NCBI GenBank assembly: GCA_001643675.2
Contig: LSRY02000064.1
Coordinates: 124,001-188,000, forward strand
Source: Monocercomonoides exilis PA203
Taxonomy: Eukaryota > Protista > Preaxostyla
Reading direction: 5' to 3'
Length of the DNA stretch: 64,000 nt
A program made the translations under genes and the position numbers. The notes under the pieces are model-generated. The model had not been told where the DNA came from and made no database searches. It worked only from the letters and a program-made list of their open reading frames with translations. How positions within the stretch are numbered: the stretch's first letter is position 1; each line of letters opens with the position of its first letter. Shown here piece by piece: positions 55,201-63,739 of this stretch.

Positions 55201-58200
55201 GTGCATCCACTCACATTCACATTCCTCACTCCCCCTGCCTCCACAATGCTCCCGCTGCTCAGCTCCACTCCGGTGAAAACACACCCTTCCAGCTCAATAC
55301 TTCCGCCACTCGCTCCCTTCAACCCTCTGATCACAGAATACGAGTCAACCAACACCCCATCAACACTCAGGTGGAACAGCCTCAAAGAGCCTCCTGTCAC
55401 ATCTGCAAACGAGTTCTCCAGCTTGCCTGTGCTCGAAGCCAGCCCAATTCTGCAATACGACATGCTCGCTTCCCCGCCCTTGCACAGAATCCACCTCTTG
55501 AAGTGCCCGCTCCCTGAGCTCCCAAACGAAAAACGGATGTTGGTGAAACTCGCTTTCGCACTCGACACAACAACAACCGCCTCTTCAGCCAAGCTCCCCA
55601 CTGGAGCAACCACAATGTTCGTATCCTCTGCAACACATTTCACATCCCACTCCTGCTCCTCCATCCCCACCGCCTCCCTCCATCTGAACCCCTCGTTCAG
55701 AATCACCTTCCGCTTCTTCCCCTCAAACAGCACACTCACAGCTCGCCTGATCGTCTCACACGGATATGCTGCTGTTCCACACCCGCTGAAGTCAAGCTCC
55801 CCTGCTCCCCCAACATACCCGCTCCCTCCAAATCCTGCCAAATACGCTTTCAGAGGAACTGCTTCTGCTCCACACCCCTCCTCAAACCCCATCAAATCCT
55901 CGTCTTCCATCCCTGTCACTTCAAACCTCACACTCGATCCTGTGATCACTCCAGACAGATTGTCCGCCTTCACAAACACATTCCTCCCTTTCCATGCTCC
56001 ACACTCGGAAAAACTCACTCGATCCAGCACAAATCCACACCCACCCCCAACCAACCTCAGATACACTCCTCCTCCTTTCCCCTTTTTCGTTCCATCAGCA
56101 GAAACAGTGCAACTGCTGAATGCCACCCCCTCGCTCGCCCCAACCCTCACTTTCCCTGTCGAACTCAGTGTGAGTGCAATCGCCCCACCATCCCCGTCCA
56201 GGCACGTGCACTGACGCAGTGTCACATTATCCATCTCCACCTCCTCTCCCTCACCCACCTCTCTTTCCATCACACACCCACTCCCTCTCACACGCACAAT
56301 CGACTGGAATGTGGCGTTCGCATTCCTGAATGCAGACAAAGCAGACAAACGCACAAGCGGAACATCAGACACACACAACGAGCTCAGCTGGCATCCCTCC
56401 ACATGCAAACTTCCTTTCTCAACCTGGAACAACGACACTCCAAACGGATGGGACACTGTCGATGCTGAAGAAGTGATCTGCACCCTCACAAGTGACAGCA
56501 TCCCCTCATCCTCTGTCACTCTCCCAACAATCGATCCCGCATCTGAATCGTATTCAACACTCACACTCTCAACACTCAGCTTCCCTGACGAAACCGAGAA
56601 CAGGGCATGCCCACTTCCCACCTGCACCACAACAAACCGAGTGCCTCCTCCGCCTTCCTCACTCCCTCTGATCCTCACTGTTTTCACTCCTCCAGCAATC
56701 CCGTCTTGCGTGAATTCTGTGTGCTCCCCACCCTTCACACTCACAACACACCCTTCCATGCTCAACTCACTTTCCACTGCATATTTCACTGTCCTGCATC
56801 CTGCCCCATCACTCCACCCACACTCTTCCTTGTCCATCCCTTCTTCTCCTGCAACAATTCTCTTTGCAAACCCATACCGAAGCCACTCACTGTTCGCATG
56901 GCATGTGCTGTTGCAGTGTGCAAGCTGCTTGCCTCCCTTCGTCAGTGTCAACGACTCCACAAACGGAGATGTCGTCTTCATCCGACTTCCCTCATCATTC
57001 AAACACACATCGTGGCCGAATCCTGCCCGAGTTGCTGTGTTGTTGAAGAAAAGGCAGAAGAAAAATAGCTGTGGATTATCTTTTGTCAGTCCGTTCGAAG
57101 TGATCGATAATGCCCCTCCGGCATCCTCTCCCAAAATAGAACATCCTTCAAACAGGCAGTTTCGCATCCTAAAAAATGAAGAAATCTCGTTTAACATGGA
57201 AAAAGCGCCTGTCTTCTGTGATGAGCAATTGCGGCAAGAAAGATCGCTGAATTGAAACTTTTCACTTATTTCTCCATTCTGTTCGTCTGTGATGCAATTC
57301 GACAACGATGGAACCGGAACAGTGTAGAAAAGCGAACATCCTCCGATGGAGCTCGCATAGCACGAATTAAACGATATGGAAGAAAAGAAATAGCAGCCAC
57401 CAATGCTGTTCATGAATAATGCCCCTCCATGTCCTCCACTAACTGCTCGACAGACATTGAACGACGAATTTGTAATTACCACAGAGCTTATGTTCTGGCA
57501 CATGATTGCACCTCCACAGTATCCACAAGTGCAGTTCTGGAAGATGCTCCCAGAAACACTCAAACTGGCACTGCTGTTATGTTTCATAAATACACAACTC
57601 CCCGAATCTGTGGTTGTCCATTCACCTGATGATGTTGATTCTGTTCTTTGATTTTCAAAACGCTCTGATCGAATAGTTGTGTCAACTGCCAATATCCTCC
57701 GTGTTCCGTTCTCCAGCGAGCGTGTGCAACCAAAGTGGGTGTTGTTCCACAAGCTGAGTGACTGCCCATGCATCCCATCAACAATCCCGCCCGTGAACAC
57801 ATCACACACACTCCTGAAGTCGCTGCTTCCAATGGAAATGTCTTCCCTCCCTGACCCCTCGCTCCCAATCCCTTTCCCTGCTGCCACACTCATGTTCCTG
57901 AACACACATTCCCTGATCCCAACTGAACGAAATGCAGGCGAAGAGAAGAGCGGTCCTGACTCCAATACCATCTCTTCAATCCTCGAAAGTGATACCTCAA
58001 GCACCCCGTATCTGCCAATTCCATCATCGAAGAGCAAACTCGAAATCAGTTCAGGAAATGGCTGGCTTTTCTGTGAAGGAAATAGTGAAATGTTCTTCAA
58101 CAAAATATCGCTCGATTTCACTTCAAACACTGCTGCAATGTCCGCTGCTGCACTGATGGTGCTGTCTCCAACAAGGACACGCGAGTTCTGCCAAATCCTC

Positions 58201-58385
58201 CACAGGCACTCCTGCCTCCTTCCTGTCTGAGCAAATCCCTCTGCCTTCACACTCGAGTTCTTCACACTGAACATCAGCTCCAGCCGAGTCCATTGACACC
58301 CAAGAAGTGGATCACACTGAAACGCACCCTCACTCAGACAGAGCAACGAGGTGAATCCAAGCAGAAATAGAAAGAGCAGCTCCAT
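46227..58385 (-). CDS. Giant (~4,050 aa) single-exon receptor-like protein: signal peptide, 8 repeated CG-x5-C-x-T / beta-helix modules, TM and a cytoplasmic TKL-like pseudokinase
   Basis: Likely start MELLFLFLL at 58385 (the ORF extends to 58430). Modules such as CGTAAYPCET, CGFEEYPCLT and CGAPEQPCKT, with GGG(V/I)Y and G(R/K)(D/N)V(F/Y) repeats. TM IWPIIVIVLVVILLIVLIVAVAFII. Kinase C-lobe RWKAPELL..VVFSIGMMLWECLT..PF..RP. Confidence 0.85.
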   Translation of the reverse strand: MELLFLFLLGFTSLLCLSEGAFQCDPLLGCQWTRLELMFSVKNSSVKAEGFAQTGRRQECLWRIWQNSRVLVGDSTISAAADIAAVFEVKSSDILLKNISLFPSQKSQPFPELISSLLFDDGIGRYGVLEVSLSRIEEMVLESGPLFSSPAFRSVGIRECVFRNMSVAAGKGIGSEGSGREDISIGSSDFRSVCDVFTGGIVDGMHGQSLSLWNNTHFGCTRSLENGTRRILAVDTTIRSERFENQRTESTSSGEWTTTDSGSCVFMKHNSSASLSVSGSIFQNCTCGYCGGAIMCQNISSVVITNSSFNVCRAVSGGHGGALFMNSIGGCYFFSSISFNSCYASSIGGCSLFYTVPVPSLSNCITDEQNGEISEKFQFSDLSCRNCSSQKTGAFSMLNEISSFFRMRNCLFEGCSILGEDAGGALSITSNGLTKDNPQLFFFCLFFNNTATRAGFGHDVCLNDEGSRMKTTSPFVESLTLTKGGKQLAHCNSTCHANSEWLRYGFAKRIVAGEEGMDKEECGWSDGAGCRTVKYAVESELSMEGCVVSVKGGEHTEFTQDGIAGGVKTVRIRGSEEGGGGTRFVVVQVGSGHALFSVSSGKLSVESVSVEYDSDAGSIVGRVTEDEGMLSLVRVQITSSASTVSHPFGVSLFQVEKGSLHVEGCQLSSLCVSDVPLVRLSALSAFRNANATFQSIVRVRGSGCVMEREVGEGEEVEMDNVTLRQCTCLDGDGGAIALTLSSTGKVRVGASEGVAFSSCTVSADGTKKGKGGGVYLRLVGGGCGFVLDRVSFSECGAWKGRNVFVKADNLSGVITGSSVRFEVTGMEDEDLMGFEEGCGAEAVPLKAYLAGFGGSGYVGGAGELDFSGCGTAAYPCETIRRAVSVLFEGKKRKVILNEGFRWREAVGMEEQEWDVKCVAEDTNIVVAPVGSLAEEAVVVVSSAKASFTNIRFSFGSSGSGHFKRWILCKGGEASMSYCRIGLASSTGKLENSFADVTGGSLRLFHLSVDGVLVDSYSVIRGLKGASGGSIELEGCVFTGVELSSGSIVEAGGVRNVNVSGCTFEGISRGCGSGGGVSVRNGDDEDDNEEGAGGVVVVEGCTFERCSVSEEGKGGGGLSASMGVQGASGMAKILKCTFRQCSAQSGSFVGYGGGMLIELLDADASFVVSSPTFPADGANSARYGRDVFVVSPNLSRSVCEETMLFALAVPLQDTDSMMGYEGEDKRNAIPLVYVVNPVGSTIVVSSAEGVDVSCCGFEEYPCLTLKHSFWRQQGKKKSILISEGFELNERVELSDGQGYVMSGASEKSGVHVNGGEDGEGGVIRMKGSSAFAAVMKLMCFALPGSLGRHAFLISQEGLGEMGIEQCDFVSESAESVHSFTIVRCVSGIVVLKTVHMSGVHFGDGHFVEACGDCVVRMESCIVADVRTASVKGVVCVQSEQASLLVKDSSFRCSSEGEESFNVLYCSGMKEVVIEGSEFEGSRCRDGNGSAMLCRINSGGAMKVEGGGLKRGKSVGGSGGGIHVCVERGGKLEIGNGTGAVPTLFENCEALKESVEGGYGGGVCLRLIEDDGMFGMKNVGFSSCRADAGGNWVFVEGKRLKSIVKEETIGFEFEKEEGKGDVGDVEGGDLAGASVCIPLAIFFRSVPSVGHVGMGGLDYTICGYSDFRCSTIPYAGLLLFGGSERTGTLKLEPVYVLEEGMQLSKESLCISGEVPEAGIEVKGDASNTQQGLVETRTEISFEDLAFGLPSTLIGSVTTSLFMCSNSVLKVEECSFGSESESVEYSVVFVKGGRVEMFGCLIRECVFVGAGVVEFGEGVCEGVMKGVEMEGVRREDAGSLVKVRKGGDVELESCVVGDCAEGEGNGVGFEEGASIRMRNSTFGRMKRKAGDGGVVDGVVGEGEEAKVENCTFEYNGCDASSSKGGSVIVRVCARGRFVFERNVVNRSTVPSGSGLGGGVHLTLGDVDVEYSMKEDVFEENGAFRGKDVYMVCPQPRLVIVPILWNGSATTKTEEEQLWVRELEFGESEGHTMMEYLFPSQTAFVFVKGGGSAVESCGYRELPCATVDNGLARMGERQTSIRLLGETAVEGVIERGGESLTVEGNEEEQRLVVGRDAKFVMKEGTMLTQLTLSSLCVVLPMNNEGSSEEDCVVSGAIGQCNAVRCRFVSGKKNGVGCGKWVVKGLGSRVRIEESQFEEICFVGGGGIVEMVEGEAVLRKVRIEGVSAGGSIVVVDGVGASCRFEGCEVCGVECCGEGSVHVEGGGSIVIGNGTKVGSCVLREGNGGAVHGKMGEAGMVTVANATIEGCKVDAASRLGGGIYVEVEGEREGGVLFSEVVFGENEAFEGRDIYFVCFDLNESVSASNFNVSVFDENGEVVVEMEGRDRKNFGESVEFLLFLVEYCSASVVVGAQGVDVVGCGTSMHPCGTLGMGLQHLDESPSRRLVIADKVEVGECFSLRNEMWIGSGEKGGGENEKGVKMVFVPNGKADGMSAKGVLDMDGNITFSLIGFEVSALLSVEQEALMYLQSGCVRYEKCVFCEAESVDSCLVKSVGKEVHLSECSMSTMSVLCAALQLHSSVSMQSCYITNVKAGTSKKGGAVFVERKSEEGFVIVNSSSIVGCECSLSEGFGGFAFIDCSSDEASEPFRFISLKFGRNNARTGRNMFLVGGDLNSSVKESTFDCEVFGEADEEEEDDGNLFVGRDKVFTGVDLLCFLEDFKSDVVHVSADGYDVKRCGRAVEPCRTFWEGMNHIPGSGEQHTLVVGQSAHVSDEYVLSHFSICSGDDEAEGVRSELVFGRKSGATRDSFLCACDELNCTNICFRATALIDGTASVVMEIEKGNASLENCEWKGSEENESAAGCSFVRSVNGSLFVHKLNIASSSLGASVFVVDDISQCVFSELRVSLIDESIDSLISVSESEIQTSCRSNGMSKKEGSVLVEKSQFLSVHKSDDCSSVISTSADLSVCVCVNSSTFTECRASASGRGGAMRIMMGAGSQMQILNSEMMRCCSSLEEGKGGGVYLASKETGDLQFLFGNMSFMGNEAAVGCDVFVSCFSIQSQINESQFVFDLERVTSREKSMFGVDVTEHKAFTNLMDFISVYQSDTIVVSSLEGRGGRNERQCGAPEQPCKTVEYGLGHLTNRFVSQMFVDGETAINSEVEMQQMSLSSRWMESSVVRVLAAAGVFSDQIVSTCMQVSVSNLDFVFEGWQEGSQQAFLRVVNGTVKMQSCLFCGSGEGEDGEEIELGSLFVLVGGNVSVERCSITKISFGWNIIEIGANVATISSSSISEVKCRGVVMEEASGDVTFERVKVFNVTASSPQGLISFASTDFPLIFENCTFEIDQLLSSDRLFSFRDCSRVLVESCVMRGCNGDCAQLGVENNEEESMCKWNGSLVECKESVVECRGTVIADAPEGGMGVVGGSVTIEKGEFSSNDPKVEGYPSVRRNIRCAGSGLVRILSVRGGDGLMPNTSLWIVNEGCTLEGIVLERASEFFIPRLESAVMEVQGEEIEIRFAGALLLPCDLAFRVVSEMNNVSSIETYSFAEEDFVSEEEVHGKISSSLISSAPAEAEVVVCVLFGNLDTPSATDSFILKNRSDPKATEDERIVEGGKKERSIWPIIVIVLVVILLIVLIVAVAFIIRWRKQKRRTEELEVIVEDTVKKDPKAFEMVTMEMSPEEQWGREERETEKKNEERIKKRVYDKTLEHSESSEHLLSESGSTEYILGRDSDKIPQWMLEKVDEKEEEETRKRTPSPSISSTCSTDSDSTFVRGEDLCPTTSSMSNLVDAMACSSPHEKLIVDLRDSLFMLLHGLNMTKEMAIGTLKEREMTAAQVLFWVANGALHSFDEMENQLQSLANLSPLIVLFSEHMVICVAMHSDCSSSDSDSSSISSSTVVTSTSDDGDERYSLPSSAFEDEDDFKKECLRWKAPELLNGEKKHATKKTVVFSIGMMLWECLTLDVPFGEYEAEVAGQKICQRERPELTKIEESELARLVDLCWSADRENRMSLTCVKREFLGCMPNGCLMMTMSDAISYDEDSNDGESGGRSSISSTDLSFR

Positions 58386-59093
58386 TTTTGAACTTTTGTT
58401 GTTGATCACAACCTTTATCACACATTTCATTTCACCCTTAATCGTCTCACATCACCCTCACAAATAATACCTTTCCTCCTTCATTTTGCCAAGGCATCTC
58501 ACCGCAATAAGAAAAACACACCAGCACAAACACAAAATAAATACAGATCAGAATTCGTTTTTTGGATGTCCCACTGGAAATAACATCGGCTGTGAGCTTT
58601 TGAATGCGTTTTCGATTGGCTTTGCAACTTCTTTTCTTCCCTTTTATTTTCTCCTTCTCTGCCTTCAAACAAAAAACACTCCTCAAATGTCCAAGGGGAT
58701 GATTCTTGCAAAATATAAAATTATAAAGTCAAAATTGAAAAATGAAACAATAAATAAATCAAAGAATTAAAAAGAAAATAAAGAAAATAAGGAATGGACG
58801 AAACTTCATTCCCTTGCCTCAATCGCTGCTGTCCCAGCTCATAGCTCAGCAATCACAAAACGAATCCTTTTGCATTCTTTTCTGCACTCCACCCCACTCC
58901 ACTCCAAAGTCATGCTCCCATGCCAGCCTTCCGCTCTTTCCCAACTTCACATACCCAATGCTTCAATGCTTCAATGCCCGATTGCCCAAAACCAATCATT
59001 CATTGCAAATCTGCACCATTCAACCAAGGCAAAATCATGAAACAGCTTCTTCATCATCATAAGAGCACTCACACCTCCTCACGCTCCATGAGC

Positions 59094-62000
59094 TCAAGTC
59101 TGCACAAACGAAGCCTCCACCACTTGCCTGTCAGCTGCTTCCTGCTCATCCGAAAGATACAACACCTGCACCGCATTCAGTCCACATTTCGTTTTTCACA
59201 TGCGAAAAGACAAAAGTTGAAAATTGAACAAATTAATTTCCAAAAAAGAAAAAATCAAATCAAAACAAAACAAAACAAAGATAAAATCAAATCATTTCCC
59301 ATCTCTCTCACACACTTTTCAAACAAACTCTTTCCTCCCACACAAAAGGAAAAAAAAGAAAGAAAGAAAATAACAACCAAAAACCACACCCGATTCAGTA
59401 GCCCCTTTCCAAAATAATCCACAATCACATCCAGCCCGCCGCTCGATGCCTCTGCCATGAACGTCTCAAAGTCTCTCGCCCCGCTGCTTCTCCCTCCCCT
59501 GCCCTCTTTCCCCATCCCACCCGCTCCGCCTCCCAATGGCAGCCCCGCCTCCACTGTCAATCCTCCACCTGGCAATGCCTGAAGATAAGATGCTCGCCCA
59601 TTCGTCCCCTGCCCACCACCTGATGGCAATCCCATTGCCAGCCCAGCAGCCGAAGAAGTTGTCAGCATCGATGCTGCTGCCGCAGCCGCTGAAGAAGAAG
59701 AAGATGATGATGATGAAGATGGTGCTGGCTGATGCTGAGGCATATCCTCGTTCCCCACCACTCGCTGCCTGATCGCCCCCAGCCGCTGGCGGATGTCCCG
59801 CTCGTTCGCTGCACACTCGTTGCACACCGACTCGTCCATCAAGCACCGCTTGTGGAAGGCATGCCCACACATAAACATCACACACGGCACATCCAGCCCA
59901 CCTCCGCACCGCGTGCAGACCCCGCTCCCAAACACTTGTGTGCTGCTCTCCACACGTCATCATCATCATCACGTCATCCCCATTCGCATCCGCATTGTTT
60001 CAAAAATTGAAAGAAAGAAAGAAAGAAAGATAAAAACATCGAATATAACGAAGAAAGAAACGCATAATCTGCATACACATTCTGCAGCTCCCGCGTCTTC
60101 CTGTTCCTCATCCGGATCGACTCCATCAGCTCGTAGCACCGCCCCATTTCTCTTCTGATCTGCTCCCTCTGCTCTTCCCGGCATTTCCCAACAAACTCCT
60201 TCACAATCCCCAGCCTCATCTCTTTCTTCTGCGCCAGCACCTCAATCGTGGGCAATGCCGGCAGCTCTGGTATCTGCCGCATCTCTGACACAGCATCGCC
60301 CAAGCATTGCATCGAAAAAATAGAAAAATAGAAAAGTCAAATCATTCAATAAATAAATGATTTCAACAGAGTTAAAAATTCATATCAGACATTCAACTTC
60401 AACAACTGAAAACGAAAACGAAAATGAAAAATAATTCTTCATCTCCTCACTCACTCACTCCCCAAGCACAAAAGTCATACTCTCCAGAAGGATCTTGATG
60501 TATTTGTCCCTCAGCTCTCGGTCGCATTCCCCTTTCTTTGCTCGAAGGCTGCACAGAAACTTCAGACACTTTCCCCACAAGTTGATGTCTGAGAACGTTC
60601 CCTGAAATGTTTTTTGAAAATATATTTTTTGAGGAAAAAATAACAATTAACCAATCCACAAAAACAAATAAAAGAAAAGATAAAAGAAAAGAAAACGCAA
60701 ATCACATTCCATTTCAATCAAAACATTCTCCTTTCGCATCCTTTCCCTCTGCCACTCTCTCCCCTCCCACACACTTCTTTCGGAATCCCATGTTCTTCGC
60801 ATGTCTGAACCATCGCAATGTATCTCTGCTCTTCTGCTTGCTTCATCCCTTCCCATTCTTCTCTCCAAGCTTTCTTTCCTTTCTTTTCTTTTCCTCCTTT
60901 CTTTCCTTCTCCATCCTCCTTCCCTTCCCCAACCACCCCATTCTGCTCATCTTTATTCATTTCATCTCCATTTTCACATTCTTCCTCCTCCTCTTCTTCT
61001 TCCTCTTCTTCTTCCTCTTCTTCTTCATATTCACTTTCACTTTCACTTTCATCAGAGAAATCATCTGAATCATCATCATATTCTTTTTCTTCTTCTTCCT
61101 CTTCTTCCTCCTCCTCTTTCTCACCCCTTTCTCCACCATCGTCTGTGCTCTTCTTGCCTTGCTTGCTCTTCTCCCTCGCCAGCGCTGCCTCCTTCTCCTC
61201 TTCTGCCATCTTCCGCCTCCGCGCCTGCCGCTCCCTCCGCATCGCCTCCTTGCTCCGCCCGCCCTCCATCTGATACTCCACCATCTCCGAGTACATGTGC
61301 GCCTTCTCATACACCGCCATCACCCCGCCCTCAAACTGGTTGTCTTTGCACACCTCCAGCACCACCCCCATCTCCATCTCCCGCCAGAACGACACTATCA
61401 GCTGCCGAACAATCTCCCGCCTCTGCCGCACCACCTCCGAGCGCAGCTCCTCCAAACTGCACTTCTCAAACACACACGACAACCTCCGGACACGCTCGAT
61501 GTGCGGGTTGTTCTCCAAATGCACCCCACTCAGATCCTTTTTCCCCAAACAAAAAATGAAACAAAACAAAATAAAATAAAAGAACAAAGCAGCGACAAAC
61601 CGGACTTCGCAGCAGCGTCTCAATCAGCTGGTGATAAAACTGCTTCGACTGGTTCGGGTTCTGCCGCTGGCACTCCAGCTGGAATGTGATCAGCATCGCC
61701 GGCTGATCCACAAAAAGATGGATCACATTCTCCACAGCCGTCACTCCCCTCCGCCTTCTGCTCTCCCCCGCCTGCCCTGCCTCACCAATCAGCATCCCTC
61801 CCGATGACAATGAAGGCGACAATGATGGTGAAGGAGAAGGTGATGGAGAAGGGGAAGGAGATGGAGAAGGGGAAGGAGACGGTGAAGGAGATGCTCCAAC
61901 ATTCCCATCTTTTTCCATTTTGCTCCCAGTCGCTTCTTCTCCTCTCTTGCTGCTCCCAACCCCTGCTCCTTTCCCTGCCTCTTTTCCCTTCCCCAGCCCT

Positions 62001-63337
62001 GTTGTGCACATCTCAATCAGCAGCTCTGTCGTCTTCTCCCTCTCTTTGCTCAGCAGCTGCTTCCCATACTTCAGCACAAGCATCTCCCGCTGCCCGCTGT
62101 CTCTCAGCGACCGGATCCTCCCAAGCGCCAGCAGCGGAACAAGCGATGCTGCTGGCACTTCTGACTCACACCCGCCACTCACACCCCCATAGCTCGATGA
62201 GCTGCCCATCTTCCCCAATGATGATGATGATGATGATGATGATGAGGCAGAAAGCGAAGACACTCCACTCCCCCATCCTCCTTTCTCCTTTTCCCTCTTC
62301 TCCTTCTTCTCCTTCTCCATTTCTCGCCTCCACAGCTCCCTGATCTCCTCCTCCCCCAGGTTCCCTTCCAGCATAATCCGCAGCGACCACTCCTGCCTCC
62401 CTGCTTTCTCTGCCAGCCGCAGCGCCTCGCTCTCAAACCCTGCCTGGAAGCACACCCGGATGGCTGTGTTGATGTCGAATGAGAATGATGATGATGAACT
62501 TGATGAGCTGATCGAAAAAGAACGGTCGAAAAAGTCGTTCAGCCTCTTCTGCTGCTGCATCTTCGTCAGGCAGTTGATCAGAAGTGTTGTGTGCTCCTTC
62601 GTCGCTGTCAGCTCCTCCAGCGGAATTGCTGCACAAAGCGGATCCCGCTCTGCCTGCACCTGCCGTTCCCTCGCTCTCCACACCCCATCCACCCCTGCCT
62701 CTTTCACCCCTGCTGCCTTCGCCCTCGCCTTCTCCCGCTCCACACTCTCCGTGAACGAGTGCAGCGCCAGCAGATAGTCTGCCAGCACATCCACCCGCCT
62801 CCACATCAGCAGCCGCTCAATCGCAATGCTCGGCTGCACACACCCAATCGACCGCACGAACGCCTCCCCCGCACCCCCCGCGTCTGTGTCCCACGCATGC
62901 CCCTCCAGCACACACACTGCTTGCTCGCTGTGCAGATGCCCTTGCACATACGAATGCAGCGACGGATGCAGCGCAGACGACGACCCGCTCAGCGCTGCCT
63001 CCAAATCTCGCCCCAAAGACGCTGGCCCTTTCAAGGACAGTGCCGATGGCTGTGGTGCTGCTGTTGTGGCTGTGCTGCCCTTTGGCCGCGCAGCTGCGCC
63101 CAGAAATGTCTCTGACAGAAGCCCGTCTGAACACCTCAGCTTGTTCATCCCAATTGCAATGTCCATCTTCCCGCGCTCTGCCAGCACCCGCCTCTTCAAC
63201 GCAAAGTCCTTCTCGAAGATCAAATACAGTCTGCACTCCAAATCAGCAAGTGCAGATGAAGAGGCAGAAGAAGAAGGAGAAGTGGATTGTGAAGTGGAGT
63301 CAGAAGGTGAAGAGGCAAATGAAGATGATGACGATTT
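59094..63337 (-). CDS. VPS11: Vps11 (HOPS/CORVET core subunit), multi-exon; 5' part not located
   Basis: LYLIFEKD, IGCVQPS, ATKEHTTLLINCLTK, FDINTAIRVC.QAG, YGKQLL, LPALPTIEVL; RING CTRC..LDVPCVMFMCGHAFHKRCL..CNEC; C-terminal IVDYFGKG. The last small exon (~59165-59094) is tentative. Confidence 0.85.
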
Positions 63338-63739
63338 CTATGCTTCTTATAAAATAAAGTGAGTGACTTTGCATTTAAATAAAGAAATAAATTATCATTT
63401 TTTAAATATTCAATTAAATATACCAAAGAATGAACAAATAACCTATGATATTTTTATCTATTAATAATCATTTAAAAAATTGCTTCGGAAGTGTAAAAAA
63501 TACTTATTTGTTCTTTGTTCATCAATTTTCCAAAATTTTTTCTTTCTTTTTTGATAAAGACTGAATTCTTTTGGTTTTTATTTCGAAAATGGACTTGACA
63601 AAAACTCTTTAATATTTATTTTTATCCTCATATTTCTCGGCTTTCTGCTTTTGTAAAACCGGAAATATGATGATTTTAAATACGATTCCAGATCAGTTTT
63701 TCGATAAATAATTAAGGTCACAGATCGCATTAAGTGAAC

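Noticed and set aside
47957-58230. Many long + strand ORFs (e.g. 54553-56214, 553 aa)
   Set aside because: These are antisense shadows of the G-rich giant gene, with Pro/Ser/Thr-rich translations and no motifs.
872-58430. Non-standard genetic code (TAA/TAG = Gln, or TGA readthrough)
   Set aside because: Two ORFs longer than 4,000 codons contain no in-frame TAA, TAG or TGA, and genes end in all three stops. In-frame stops occur only in the frameshifted cargo fragment.
33367-63337. Functional endolysosomal gene cluster (Atg18, cathepsin-like, LPCAT, Vps11)
   Set aside because: Orientation is mixed, unrelated genes are interspersed and no shared regulatory motif is seen; chance neighbourhood is sufficient.
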